From a virus (Duplodnaviria; Caudoviricetes): a stretch of DNA of 63,981 nt. Below the pieces are notes generated by a model. It did no database searches. It saw only the letters and a program-made list of their open reading frames with translations, and was not told the origin of the DNA. The translations under genes and the position numbers were made by a program. The stretch spans positions 1 to 63,981 of IMG/VR virus record IMGVR_UViG_3300014933_000403, one strand, 5' to 3'. The number at the start of each line of letters is the position of its first letter. Within the stretch, counting starts at the first letter, position 1. Shown piece after piece: positions 54,601 to 63,790 of the stretch.

Positions 54601-55594
54601 GAATATAGGTGGTTCGGTTCCAGTTAGTTCAGCAACAGCATGGGGCTTATTTGCTAATACAGGTAACATAGCAAACGCAGCAGGAGTTCATGTAAAAACA
54701 CCAAACCAAACAGTAGGCGGTACGACAGTAACAGGTAAGACAACAACATACGGAGGTATAGTAATAGATAATTTTAGAGATAGTTCAAGTATCCAAAGTA
54801 AGTTTCAAAACCTATACGCTATAAATCAAAAGGGAGCGCATGACACATCATTATTCAATGGTATAATCACAGGTAATATAATCAACGCTACTACATTAGG
54901 CGGTACTTTATCAACAGCAGCACAACCAAACATTACAAGTGTGGGGATATTGAGTAGTATTAATTCATCAGGGGCATTATCAGCAAATACAGGAACATTC
55001 ACCACATCAACTAATGGACAGCTAGTAATTAATCATACAAATACTTCTGGAACAAGGGAGGGAGATATATTATTTACAGAGAATGGGACTAATAAAGCAT
55101 TAATTAGAAGTACCACAGGCGGTAATTCATTTGCTTTTTATGATTATGCTTTAGGGGCTTACCCCCTTATATTATCATCAACAGGTACTGCAACATTTTC
55201 TAGTTTAGCGGGTAGCGGAAGTAGGGCTGTATTAGCCGATGCTAGTGGGGTATTATCTGCCCCTGTATCAGATAGAAGTGTAAAAGAAAATATTAAACCA
55301 CTTTCATTTAGCACTAACGATTTTATGAAGTTGCGACCTGTATCATTCACTTATAAAAAAGGGTGGCAGAATTACGGGACAGGGAATCAGATAGGATTTA
55401 TTGCACAAGAAGTAAAAGAGGTATTACCTAACAGTACATTCACTACACCATCCACAGGTAAAATGGGTTACAATGAAATTGACATGATACCCGTATTAGT
55501 TGACATAGTTCAGAAACAACAAAAAAAAATGGATGAATTGAAAGCCATGAATAAAGCATTATTACAAAGAATTATTAAATTAGAAAATAAGTGA
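51632..55594 (+). CDS. Tail-fibre-like protein with an N-terminal signal peptide and a C-terminal S74 intramolecular chaperone
   Basis: MKKFLLILTCICISFLAKS|Q; GTVTSV repeats; SDRSVKENI, LRPVSF.YK, GFIAQEV, terminal coiled coil. Confidence 0.85.
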   Translation: MKKFLLILTCICISFLAKSQVPAGAASPKSPSGFAEYGYLLTDSAGIAAKRDTSWSPKYTGSWVYWQNPGVDSAFWVFNGKATGKRWDKVVIVSGSYSPGTGTVTAVIAGTGMNFSTITSSGQVKADTLVLSTRLHVDSVAMRKVNYTDTAAMLSGYAKTGNVPAQFNLSVNAPIVKSGTYPNITVSADTGRAVAELVTGGSLNKVRDSLQANITAATSGVSSFGFTNANGISGIVTNPTSTPNLTLSLGAITPTSVSASGGISSATLYSSGTILAGNTMALGGATIIPTTGLNMNSVSGTLGRGVDVQISGTSSDANYAYIGASVGAATGVNYGAYLRAENSSANNYALWTETGNVYFGSLPFGSAGTDSLLVTSGGVVKKIAASSYPLSSSVVKYTDTSSMLLPYLRKSDTAFMMSNHLLISDTANMLARGWLANRSKDSISVLRALINTKGAGTVTSVGLSLPSFITVSSSPITSSGTIVGTLATQTANRVFASATSGSPEQPTFRSLVAADLPDLSGSYIVNGNSQQTADFNISGNGVIGGKLAFASASLSDATLINASGGSTGYSRGFDLNINPTTSENRGISLGVGGTTTGTNYGIYSSVYGGRYNYSFYSYRGNQRFTDTTFMPDSGRIYIGSSGYYSTNTAVQVSRLLNVSNFPSNSAHAFSDASQFDVPNAPYASYDAALRFYYHGGSGSPHEHYNGFQFAPSTLGTPVYIGRLTGLYSGTHNMTDAVITNFFATVYEDTTHFASVPTDRNFLLYSTNPNGGRIQTLGALDISGKSYLRNMSNGSSSDSVVTVVNGELKKIAQTFGSGTVTSVAAGIGMSFTTITGSGSVNADTTVLSTKANVTASLLPKLNLSDTASMLSNRLKISDTLTMLSPYLNDAYNGLTKSSKKVKLGGLLTENTTITDSTFSMLFTNTKKINNSSKFGQNGELNLWGVTADDNTQLLYAGNYGSLSVNSAATYNPYYNGIYTANAGITYYNNAGNIGGSVPVSSATAWGLFANTGNIANAAGVHVKTPNQTVGGTTVTGKTTTYGGIVIDNFRDSSSIQSKFQNLYAINQKGAHDTSLFNGIITGNIINATTLGGTLSTAAQPNITSVGILSSINSSGALSANTGTFTTSTNGQLVINHTNTSGTREGDILFTENGTNKALIRSTTGGNSFAFYDYALGAYPLILSSTGTATFSSLAGSGSRAVLADASGVLSAPVSDRSVKENIKPLSFSTNDFMKLRPVSFTYKKGWQNYGTGNQIGFIAQEVKEVLPNSTFTTPSTGKMGYNEIDMIPVLVDIVQKQQKKMDELKAMNKALLQRIIKLENK

Positions 55595-55800
55595 CCAGGT
55601 ATCAAAAGGTAATGATCATTGTGGTAGCTTTTATTATAGTAACTGCCTTCTTATATGTGATAGCTTCTCTTATTAAGATTTATGCAGATAAATAGGTAAT
55701 AAAATCAAATTAACAAAATGTAAAATCACCGAAATTTTCAGTAATTTTTCGGTGTATAACCCAAACCAAGCACTATTACCTTCGTAAAATTTAATAAGCA

Positions 55801-56100
55801 ATGGAATTCAACATGGAACAGGTGGTTAAAAATCTTCAAGATGATTTCTCTCAGATGAGGCAGGACTTAACTATGATAAAAGATGCATTGATAGGAACGG
55901 AGTATAACGAAGATGGATTTGTTCATAGGGTTAAGAAGCTAGAGGGGAAAGCAGAAGAAACTGATAAATATATCAGAAGCGAAAAAGACCGCCTTATTGC
56001 CAGAGACCAGCGTGAAAAAAGATCGGCACTATATCACGGGATCGTAGGCGTTTTGATCACAGTAATCTGAATTCTTTGGTCATATAATTCACACAAATAA
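55801..56100 (+). CDS. Coiled-coil protein with a C-terminal TM helix (holin/antiholin-like); TGA at 56068 interrupts the helix
   Basis: ...YHGIVGVLITVI*ILWSYNSHK; first gene of the lysis cassette. Confidence 0.5.
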
Positions 56101-56111
56101 AACACATATAA

Positions 56112-56345
56112 ATGGATACTTCAAACATTAAAGACACGCTCACGACCATATTTGGTGTGGCGGCAGCGGTATCAGGCAGCATTTTAACAGCGGCATCTAG
56201 CGGTTTACATATACCAGCATCGGTGCAAGCCATCTGCGGTGTATTGGCCGCTGTATCTGTTGGAGTGATTGGGTACCTTACTGGGAAGGCACCTAACGCT
56301 ACTAAAAAAACAGATTCCCAGGCTGCTGACGGTAACACAAAATAA
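56112..56345 (+). CDS. Holin (two TM helices)
   Basis: NIKDTLTTIFG plus two hydrophobic helices and a charged tail. Confidence 0.7.
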   Translation: MDTSNIKDTLTTIFGVAAAVSGSILTAASSGLHIPASVQAICGVLAAVSVGVIGYLTGKAPNATKKTDSQAADGNTK

Positions 56346-56350
56346 TACCT

Positions 56351-57037
56351 ATGAAAACATGGAAGGACGTGTCTCCACCATGGCAAAAGATCATACTTTT
56401 TACATTGCTATCAGCGTTAGTAATCGCATTACTTTGTGCATGCAATACGGAAAAGAAAATAGCCAGGGATGACCAGAAATCTGTGGATAGGGTAAATGCA
56501 AAAGCCCCCCTTCAAATACCAGTTGTTAATGCTTATCTGCAAGGTCATCCTATAGATACCGCTACCAAGATCATACTGTCCCCTGGAAAGGAAATTATAG
56601 TCCACCAGACCAAGATTGTTAAGGATACATCTGGACGGCAACAACTGATCGATTCTGTAAAGAAAGCACACGAGAACGAGTTAAACTGTGGGCAGGCCGC
56701 TGCAGATGCGTACGACCTAGGTTGGGACGAATGCGAGAAACAATACCTGGCTAATAAAATAAAAGCTAAGTGCCCTCCGGATACCACTAAGTTGTCATTC
56801 ATGACCAGTGAGACAAGGCGATGGCAGGATAGCTTTCATTTAAAAGATAAAGAAGGTGCAACAAAGGATGGCGTTATCCAAACATTACATACAAACGTAG
56901 CAGACGGTAAGAAAGAGATAAACCGGCTGATGTGGTTTCTTATCGCAAGTGTCGCTATTCTTATTTTGTCCCACGTAGCTAGAAGTTATATGTGGAGTGC
57001 AATCTTATCAGTTAAAAATTTATTTAAAAAGGCTTAA
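56351..57037 (+). CDS. Unimolecular spanin-like lipoprotein
   Basis: Lipoprotein signal ending LLCAC and C-terminal TM helix LMWFLIASVAILIL; between holin and endolysin. Confidence 0.65.
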   Translation: MKTWKDVSPPWQKIILFTLLSALVIALLCACNTEKKIARDDQKSVDRVNAKAPLQIPVVNAYLQGHPIDTATKIILSPGKEIIVHQTKIVKDTSGRQQLIDSVKKAHENELNCGQAAADAYDLGWDECEKQYLANKIKAKCPPDTTKLSFMTSETRRWQDSFHLKDKEGATKDGVIQTLHTNVADGKKEINRLMWFLIASVAILILSHVARSYMWSAILSVKNLFKKA

Positions 57038-57038
57038 T

Positions 57039-57485
57039 ATGAAATACTCTCCAGTTGATATAGCAAGGCAATATTTATTCGTTAGGGAAGCTAGCCCGAA
57101 TTCTGGAAACAGGGTAGAGGCTATCCAAAAGTGGTGTGGCGGGTTGAAAGGAGAGTCATGGTGCTGCTATTTTGTTACAATGGTACTTGATATATGCTTT
57201 GAAGGGAAGTCTATAATACCAAGACTTGGCGCATGTCAGGATGTATATGATTTGGCAAAGAAAAATAACTGGATCACCGCCAAGCCAGTTAAAAATGACC
57301 TGTTCGTTTATGTGGATGCTAATGACCATGCTCACCACATAGGGATAGTGACAGAAGATGGCGGTAAAATTGGTATAGCCGGTAACACAAGCGAGGACGG
57401 GAATAGTTCGAACGGGACCGGCACATTTGAGCATTCAATATCCACAAACCCAAAGTCTGTTAAGTATATACGTTACCCAAGATGA
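57039..57485 (+). CDS. CHAP-domain endolysin
   Basis: RE...NSG, WCCYFV, HHIGIV, IAGNT; start refined to MKYSP. Confidence 0.85.
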   Translation: MKYSPVDIARQYLFVREASPNSGNRVEAIQKWCGGLKGESWCCYFVTMVLDICFEGKSIIPRLGACQDVYDLAKKNNWITAKPVKNDLFVYVDANDHAHHIGIVTEDGGKIGIAGNTSEDGNSSNGTGTFEHSISTNPKSVKYIRYPR

Positions 57486-57539
57486 TTGTTACAAATGAAA
57501 AGTATACTTTTATCCAGCAGTTATACAGCTATGGTTTTA

Positions 57540-57578
57540 AAGAAGACCCCTTTGTTGGTTAAGGGGTCTTCTTTTATT
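57540..57578 (+). terminator. Intrinsic terminator after the lysis cassette
   Basis: AAGAAGACCCCT...AGGGGTCTTCTT followed by TTATT. Confidence 0.75.
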
Positions 57579-57607
57579 AAAGTCCTAATCCGTAAAGTTT
57601 CGTTATT

Positions 57608-59986
57608 TTGTATGAAAATAATATCAAAGTGAGCAACAGACCATTTACCACACCGGATTTTGACGCTTTACTGAGCATGCAGTTTGATGTTCCTAGCGAA
57701 AAAAGAAAACCCGAATACGGGTTGAGGGTGTCAGAACAGATGTGGAATTTTGTTTCTTTTGGCAACAATGGGTATTATCAACAACGATACGAGCAGTGGA
57801 ACTTAAATGAACAATACGCCAAGGGTACCACCAGTAACAAGGAATTTAAGCCGCTGATGGGTGTAGAAGGTAACCAATCGTTAATTAATATCGATTGGCA
57901 GTTGATCAAAGTAATACCAAGATATGTTCAAAATATATTAGGAAGCTTTCTTTCCCGCGATGAAATACCTTCAGTAAAAGCTACCGATGCCCTAGCCCAA
58001 AAAACAAAGAAAAGAGAGAAAGCCATCTCCCAGATGTACATGGAGGAGCAAGAGAAGATCAGAGCACTGGAACAAGCAGGCGGTATCAAGATTGCTACAG
58101 GGTTTGTTCCGGAAGACGAAGATGAGCTGGATATCTACTACAAAATTGAATACCGGTTGCCTGATGAGTCCTTCTTTGAAGAAACTACCGCTCAGATCAT
58201 AGAGAACAGCGGCAAGGATTATTTAAAAAGAAGACTGTGCCGCGATGGTATCATTACCAACCTGATGGCCACCAAGCTGATCAAGCTTCCAAAACAGCCA
58301 GGCAAAACATTATCCAACAGATTACGCATCAGAAGGTGCAAGCCAAAGAACTCTGTTTACAATATTTTTGAGAATGAGAACGGTAGTGACGTATCAATTT
58401 TTGGTGAAGCCTATCCATTAAAGATTTCTGAAGGCAGAAGGTTATATCCTAATGTCGATGAGAAAACATGGTTTGAATTAGCCCAGGTTGCCCAGACAGG
58501 TCTTAACCAAACGGATAGCCTTACTTGGTACGAATCCTATATTTCTTCTTTCAACCGCCCGTATGACGATTATTCGATCCTCGTGTATGATTACGAGGTA
58601 AAAGTATTTGATCAGGAATATCACGTTGAATTTAAGCGTGAGGATGGTTCTATGGGTCTCCATCAGAAGAAAGGTAAACCTGGACCATCTGCGACCACCA
58701 CACCGGTTAAATCAGACATGGTTAATATTTACTGTGGCGTATGGGCAGTTAATACCAAGGTGATGCTTAAATGGGGTATTGCCGAAAACATCCTTCGTCC
58801 ATACCAAAACGGGGTGGATGCGTTTTTAAACTACTCTGTCGTTTACCCGGATGCAGATGGATTTTATGTTCCTTCCTTACTAGAGCGTGGCATTCCTTGC
58901 GTTCGTGCTATGATCATGACCGTTCTCAACATTGAGAAGATGGTGTCTCAGATGAAGTCAGATGGTCTTGAAGTGGATATCGCACACCTACATGATCTTG
59001 ATATCGGCACGGGGCCACTGAACCCACTCCAGCTTCTGAAAGTTTATGATCAGACAGGTCGTGCATATTATGATTCTACCGATACTACCGGTACCGGCTT
59101 TGGTGACCAAGGCAAGTCTCCTTTCCGCGAGATAAAGACAGGCGGGAATGCTGCTCAGATAAATATGCTTATCGCTCTCTATAATTTTTGGCTGCAGAGG
59201 CTGAATGATGAGTGGGGGGTGAATCAAGATAGTTTGGGAGGTATAGTTCCGGCTAAACGAGGTAAGAGTGTAAATGAAAGCCAGGTTAACGCAGCTAATA
59301 ACAACACTGAGTATATCTACGATGCATATACCGAACTGATGGAGCAGAACGCCACCAAGATTGCATACGCTTTGTGGGATATGATCGTTCTGGAAGGTGA
59401 GGAATATAAAGAAATGGCAGGCATCTCCAGAGAGATGATGGATGCCACATACGATGTGAACATCAACATGGTATCTAAGGCTGCCGATGCTGAGATGGTT
59501 AAGATGATCGTAGAAGAATCGATCGCTGCAAAAACACTTTCTCCTGCACAGGGTGCGAAGATTTACAAGATGCCGCTTAAACATGCTATCCTGTATCTGG
59601 AACAGAAAGAGAAACAAGCTGCTAAGAAAGCTAAACAACAGCAGCAGATGTCAATGGAGATGAACCAGAAGATTCAGGAGATGTCTACTCAGACTAAGAC
59701 CAAGGGTAAGATTGATGAGATTGCTGCTCAGGCTCAAGCTAAGGTTCTTATTGAGAAGGCTCGCGGCAATACTGAATCATACAAAGAGGTGGTTAAATTA
59801 GTAGCTAAGGTGTACGAAGATGCGATTGCTTCTGGCGATCGGGCTAGTTTGGATAAACTTACCCCACTGATGGATTATATCATACAGGCTACCGTTGGGC
59901 AGCATGAGCAGGATAATCAACCTCAACAGCCTCAGGGTCCGCAGCAAGGCCAGGAGCAGCCACAACAACAAAATCAAGCAGCGTAA
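57608..59986 (+). CDS. Portal protein, crAss-like
   Basis: 792 aa; EK.K.EYGL, YAKG, NIDW..I.VIPRYV, YDQTG..YY, GVN...G, Q-rich tail; exact start uncertain. Confidence 0.85.
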   Translation: MYENNIKVSNRPFTTPDFDALLSMQFDVPSEKRKPEYGLRVSEQMWNFVSFGNNGYYQQRYEQWNLNEQYAKGTTSNKEFKPLMGVEGNQSLINIDWQLIKVIPRYVQNILGSFLSRDEIPSVKATDALAQKTKKREKAISQMYMEEQEKIRALEQAGGIKIATGFVPEDEDELDIYYKIEYRLPDESFFEETTAQIIENSGKDYLKRRLCRDGIITNLMATKLIKLPKQPGKTLSNRLRIRRCKPKNSVYNIFENENGSDVSIFGEAYPLKISEGRRLYPNVDEKTWFELAQVAQTGLNQTDSLTWYESYISSFNRPYDDYSILVYDYEVKVFDQEYHVEFKREDGSMGLHQKKGKPGPSATTTPVKSDMVNIYCGVWAVNTKVMLKWGIAENILRPYQNGVDAFLNYSVVYPDADGFYVPSLLERGIPCVRAMIMTVLNIEKMVSQMKSDGLEVDIAHLHDLDIGTGPLNPLQLLKVYDQTGRAYYDSTDTTGTGFGDQGKSPFREIKTGGNAAQINMLIALYNFWLQRLNDEWGVNQDSLGGIVPAKRGKSVNESQVNAANNNTEYIYDAYTELMEQNATKIAYALWDMIVLEGEEYKEMAGISREMMDATYDVNINMVSKAADAEMVKMIVEESIAAKTLSPAQGAKIYKMPLKHAILYLEQKEKQAAKKAKQQQQMSMEMNQKIQEMSTQTKTKGKIDEIAAQAQAKVLIEKARGNTESYKEVVKLVAKVYEDAIASGDRASLDKLTPLMDYIIQATVGQHEQDNQPQQPQGPQQGQEQPQQQNQAA

Positions 59987-60678
59987 TGGCACCCATCAAC
60001 CCAACCGATAGTACAAAAATATCTGACAAAATACGTCAGACTATGGCTGTTAAGCCGGATAAGGCAAAGACTGCTGATAAACCATTGACTAAGGCCGAGT
60101 TCATGGCCAACACGGCCGCTAGTAAGCCTGCTCCTAAGAAATTAAAAATATCCGATCTGAGAGAGGTGGATGCCGCTACCGGCTTAAAGGTTGGCGAGCA
60201 AAACAAGATGGGCACTTCCGTTGACCCTATAGTAGTAAAGAAAATAGTTGCCGCAGCCAAAAAGCATGGTGTTGACCCAGCAACTGCTTTAAGTATAGCA
60301 CTTAATGAGACAAGCTTGAACCCAAAGAATGGGTACATGGGCAAGGATAACTACTTTATGCTTAACACGACTGATGAGTTGCCTAACAAAGAGAATGTGA
60401 TGCACTCCATAAAGGATGTTGGAAGTATAGAGACCTTCATGAAAGTGTTTAAGCATAAGATGGAATACTCGGCCAAACTTGGAAAGACAACCGAAGAGGA
60501 CCTCATCCAAGGATACAATGGTTACGGTAAATTAAAGAATACCGGTAACCTATATGGCATGAAAGACCCTGTGATTGATTTCGCTAAGAACCCTGTTTAT
60601 GGTAAGAAAATAGTAGACCTCAGGGAAAATATTATTAAAAAGTCACCAGAGATCATGGCGATGCTTAATGACGAATAG
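59986..60678 (+). CDS. Lytic transglycosylase (SLT)/lysozyme-like protein
   Basis: IVAAAKKHGVDPATALSIALNETSL, IQGYNG, Y.KKIV. Confidence 0.6.
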   Translation: MAPINPTDSTKISDKIRQTMAVKPDKAKTADKPLTKAEFMANTAASKPAPKKLKISDLREVDAATGLKVGEQNKMGTSVDPIVVKKIVAAAKKHGVDPATALSIALNETSLNPKNGYMGKDNYFMLNTTDELPNKENVMHSIKDVGSIETFMKVFKHKMEYSAKLGKTTEEDLIQGYNGYGKLKNTGNLYGMKDPVIDFAKNPVYGKKIVDLRENIIKKSPEIMAMLNDE

Positions 60679-62772
60679 TTACGCATTCATTGAGTACAGG
60701 TTGATCACCTTCCTAGCTTTAGGTTTTTCTTTTTTCCTCTGTTGAAAATCACCCATGATATTTAAGAGCATCATCATGAACCCGATAACCTGGTCATATT
60801 TTGTCCGGTTGGAAGGATCAAATTCTTTAAGTTCTGCGAGCAGGCCCGGATACCAAATTTTATGGCAGTATTTTTCTATGTATAAAACAGCCAATTCAAT
60901 TTGCTTGGCAAACACGAATGGATCGGCAGAACTTGCACCGTATCCCATGTCTTTATCTGAGTTCTTCCTTGTTTGATCAATAGCCACATCCGGTTTTTTA
61001 CCTAGCATCGGTAGACAGTTGGCATCCATGAAATTCGGCATAGTGTTCCCGAAGTATTTAATGAATTCCTGGGTGGCATCCTTTTCCACGGTGATCGTAC
61101 AGCCAAAGTACATGGAAGAAAGCAATAATTCCCGCCAAAATAATTCAGTCAGCTTAGGTCTCCCAATATAAAACGCCACAGGGTCTCCACCCTCCTCATC
61201 CTCATCTTTACTAATATCCAGCTTCCTTCCTATCCAGATCGTTCCCTTTGACCCCAATTCGACCGTTTTATCGAATCTGTATGTATCTGACCCGCCACCG
61301 TAGTTGTGCCCGTTTAGCGGCCTTACAATGCCATAGCCATCCATGGTGAATTTATTGGATTCCCCATCGTTAAGGGTCTTCCTCATGTACCATTGCCCAG
61401 CTTTGTCATCATGGAATTCAACTTTCTTTGAGATCAGGTTGTAAACGAACTTACCCCTTCTCAAAGGTTGGGGGTTTTCTTTCATGACTTTCTCCTGTGC
61501 CTCTATGTTCGCCAGGTTGAACGGGGACACGATATCACCGAAGTCGAACATGTGGCTTTCCTGAGTGGGATACATCCTCTTTTCCTCAGAAATATCATCA
61601 TCGTCCTCCAGAAGGCTCAACCGGTGCTCCAGGTACTTCTTGGCACCCATTATCAAATATTCTTCAGGCACACGCTCAGATGCCTCTACTTCTAGATTTT
61701 TTTGCTTCAGATATTCTAGCGTCTCCTCATCTGGTGGTTCAATAACACTTTCGCCATACTGGTCGATAAACCCACCCAAGCCATCGTATGCCGGCTTGAA
61801 GTATTTAACCATCTGCTTAGGAAGCTTATTGATGGCGTATTTGAATTGATCAGCGAGTTCGTAAAGTTTTTTGAAGTTATTACCACCTTGGTTTGGTGGG
61901 TTGACAGTAGATGGGAAATAAGCAAAACCTACCCTAGCGGCACCACGAACCAACACCTGCTTTAAGATTGACCAGTACTTACTGATATCCATTTTGAGCA
62001 TCTTACCACCTTCGTCCACCAATACGAATGACCAACGACCAGAGTCATAGGCATTAAGGGTGGTATCCCTTTTGGTAATGATACCATTCAAACCCTTCCT
62101 TGACGTATCAGCAACGCCTTTTTTTGTCTTGCTTTTAGATGGTCTTCTCAGCACAATCTTTTCCTGAGGATCTTCCGGACCATCGGTAACAGGTCTCAGG
62201 AAAATTGGTAATCCCTTGAATCCTGGCACGATCATGTTGGTAAACATATCCGATACGTCAGCACCGGTCTTTGATATGTTACCAATCCTTTTGTTTGCAG
62301 AAAATGTAGCTATATGTGTCTCAATACAGGTACCGTGTGAGGTAGCGCCTTCCCTTCTAGCCTTGCCTCTGATAATTGCCGCGATGAATGGGATATTATA
62401 ACAGAACTGAAAGAACAAGAAAAACAACCTGTCACACTCACGGTAATCTGGTCTTCTTCCATCCTCCAAAGTCCAGTAGGTAAGCCAATAATAGTACCAC
62501 ATGTTTAAAAACTTGGGCACCCCCTTGACCATGATCCAATGTCCTTTCTCACATTTATCTAGTTCTTCATTGGCGTATGCAAGTTGTTCTTTTGTGTAGA
62601 TAGGATCACCATCAGAATCAAACCTGATGTTCTCGGCTTCCATGAACTCTGGTAATTCCCGCCTGCGGAAGTACTGCTTCTTCTTAGGTAGATCATGACC
62701 TTCGATGGTGCTCAGTTCTGGCACATCTGGTATCTCACCTTCGATTCCGTATATGGTTATTTTTTGCGGCAT
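60679..62772 (-). CDS. terL: Terminase large subunit, crAss-like
   Basis: PDYRECDR, KARREGAT (Walker A variant), VDEGGK (Walker B), STVN, GGSD, FY..RP, RTKYD nuclease motifs. Confidence 0.92.
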   Translation of the reverse strand: MPQKITIYGIEGEIPDVPELSTIEGHDLPKKKQYFRRRELPEFMEAENIRFDSDGDPIYTKEQLAYANEELDKCEKGHWIMVKGVPKFLNMWYYYWLTYWTLEDGRRPDYRECDRLFFLFFQFCYNIPFIAAIIRGKARREGATSHGTCIETHIATFSANKRIGNISKTGADVSDMFTNMIVPGFKGLPIFLRPVTDGPEDPQEKIVLRRPSKSKTKKGVADTSRKGLNGIITKRDTTLNAYDSGRWSFVLVDEGGKMLKMDISKYWSILKQVLVRGAARVGFAYFPSTVNPPNQGGNNFKKLYELADQFKYAINKLPKQMVKYFKPAYDGLGGFIDQYGESVIEPPDEETLEYLKQKNLEVEASERVPEEYLIMGAKKYLEHRLSLLEDDDDISEEKRMYPTQESHMFDFGDIVSPFNLANIEAQEKVMKENPQPLRRGKFVYNLISKKVEFHDDKAGQWYMRKTLNDGESNKFTMDGYGIVRPLNGHNYGGGSDTYRFDKTVELGSKGTIWIGRKLDISKDEDEEGGDPVAFYIGRPKLTELFWRELLLSSMYFGCTITVEKDATQEFIKYFGNTMPNFMDANCLPMLGKKPDVAIDQTRKNSDKDMGYGASSADPFVFAKQIELAVLYIEKYCHKIWYPGLLAELKEFDPSNRTKYDQVIGFMMMLLNIMGDFQQRKKEKPKARKVINLYSMNA

Positions 62773-62805
62773 AATAAAAAAGCCCCGCTCGGAAAGATGC
62801 GGGGC
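62773..62805 (-). terminator. Terminator-like hairpin abutting the terL start
   Basis: Minus strand GCCCCGC-N10-GCGGGGC-TTTTTTATT-ATG. Confidence 0.6.
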
Positions 62806-62833
62806 CGACCGTATCGGTCCTTATATTTTGTGA

Positions 62834-63790
62834 TTAATCTTCTTCAAATCCGGTAACCTTAAAAGCATTAAGCTGCTTACCAAATGTTTCGCCATCAGAT
62901 GTCATAGCAAATTCGCTCAGAGCATCTACCGGTGTTTTATCTGGTGGTATGTCGGTGATAGGTGCCTTGGTCTTATTCCAGATAGCTGACCCGTTTGATA
63001 CCAGGATCTCCTGCTTATCCAATAAGTCCTGTACCCAGTAAGCAATCTTAACGCGAGGGTCAGAGAATGTTCTGAGGAAGAATTCAGGATTAGTGTAAGC
63101 AATATCCTTGTAATCTTCCCTGATTGAATCGATCTCTCTGTCTTCGCTGGTCTCTGGGATGATGAATGGAATATTCAGATACTTGGCATGTGGCAACATT
63201 TCGCTGTTACGTGCATCCTGAGCGAGTTTAAATGCTTTCTCTCTTTGTGCTCCTTTCTCTGCTTTAGCACGATCGATAGCACCGAAATCAAGCATTTTAT
63301 ACATAGGCTTGGCGTTGTTATAACGCTGTGCTAATGGGTGTTGATTTTCGCATTGGTTCATGCACCAAAGGAAATTCATCCTTACCTGATCATAGGAAGG
63401 AATACGTAATTCGCCATCAACCATAACCAATGCATCTCGGTTGGTGTGATTCTCCAGAACTTTAGGAGATACTTCTTTCCCGCCTGGCTCCTGCTCATCT
63501 TTAAAGAAGGTCTGCAGACCATGGATGTATCTGATTGTTCTTGGCAGCCACTGGATCATCCTTCCCTTTTTCTGAAGTTCTACCAGCTGCTCTACCGATG
63601 TGGTATGCGGGATAGGCTTTGTATCTTCTGTCACATCGTATGGCCAGAGGATAATGTCTTCAATCTTTAAATACGTTGGAGGTCTCGTGTTTCCAATTCT
63701 GTGTGCGGGGTCGATTGTTTGAATCTTCCGGAAGTAAGTCAGCGTTGCTGTCTTCTTCAGTGATGGGGCCTTGGTAGGTTTAGGTGCCAT
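62834..63790 (-). CDS. Conserved-looking crAss-like head-module protein
   Basis: RTIRY..G.QTFFKDEQ...LVMVDGELRIP...A...PEFFL...D pattern, recalled from genes that flank crAss-like MCPs. Confidence 0.5.
   Translation of the reverse strand: MAPKPTKAPSLKKTATLTYFRKIQTIDPAHRIGNTRPPTYLKIEDIILWPYDVTEDTKPIPHTTSVEQLVELQKKGRMIQWLPRTIRYIHGLQTFFKDEQEPGGKEVSPKVLENHTNRDALVMVDGELRIPSYDQVRMNFLWCMNQCENQHPLAQRYNNAKPMYKMLDFGAIDRAKAEKGAQREKAFKLAQDARNSEMLPHAKYLNIPFIIPETSEDREIDSIREDYKDIAYTNPEFFLRTFSDPRVKIAYWVQDLLDKQEILVSNGSAIWNKTKAPITDIPPDKTPVDALSEFAMTSDGETFGKQLNAFKVTGFEED

Noticed and set aside
58988-59638. 216-aa antisense ORF in the portal and the many other short antisense or alternate-frame ORFs in the track
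   Set aside because: They lie inside strongly supported genes, have shadow-like composition and show no motifs
59900-59983. CAG/CAA-rich repeat at the end of the portal gene
   Set aside because: It encodes the ordinary Gln/Pro-rich portal tail and is not a separate element
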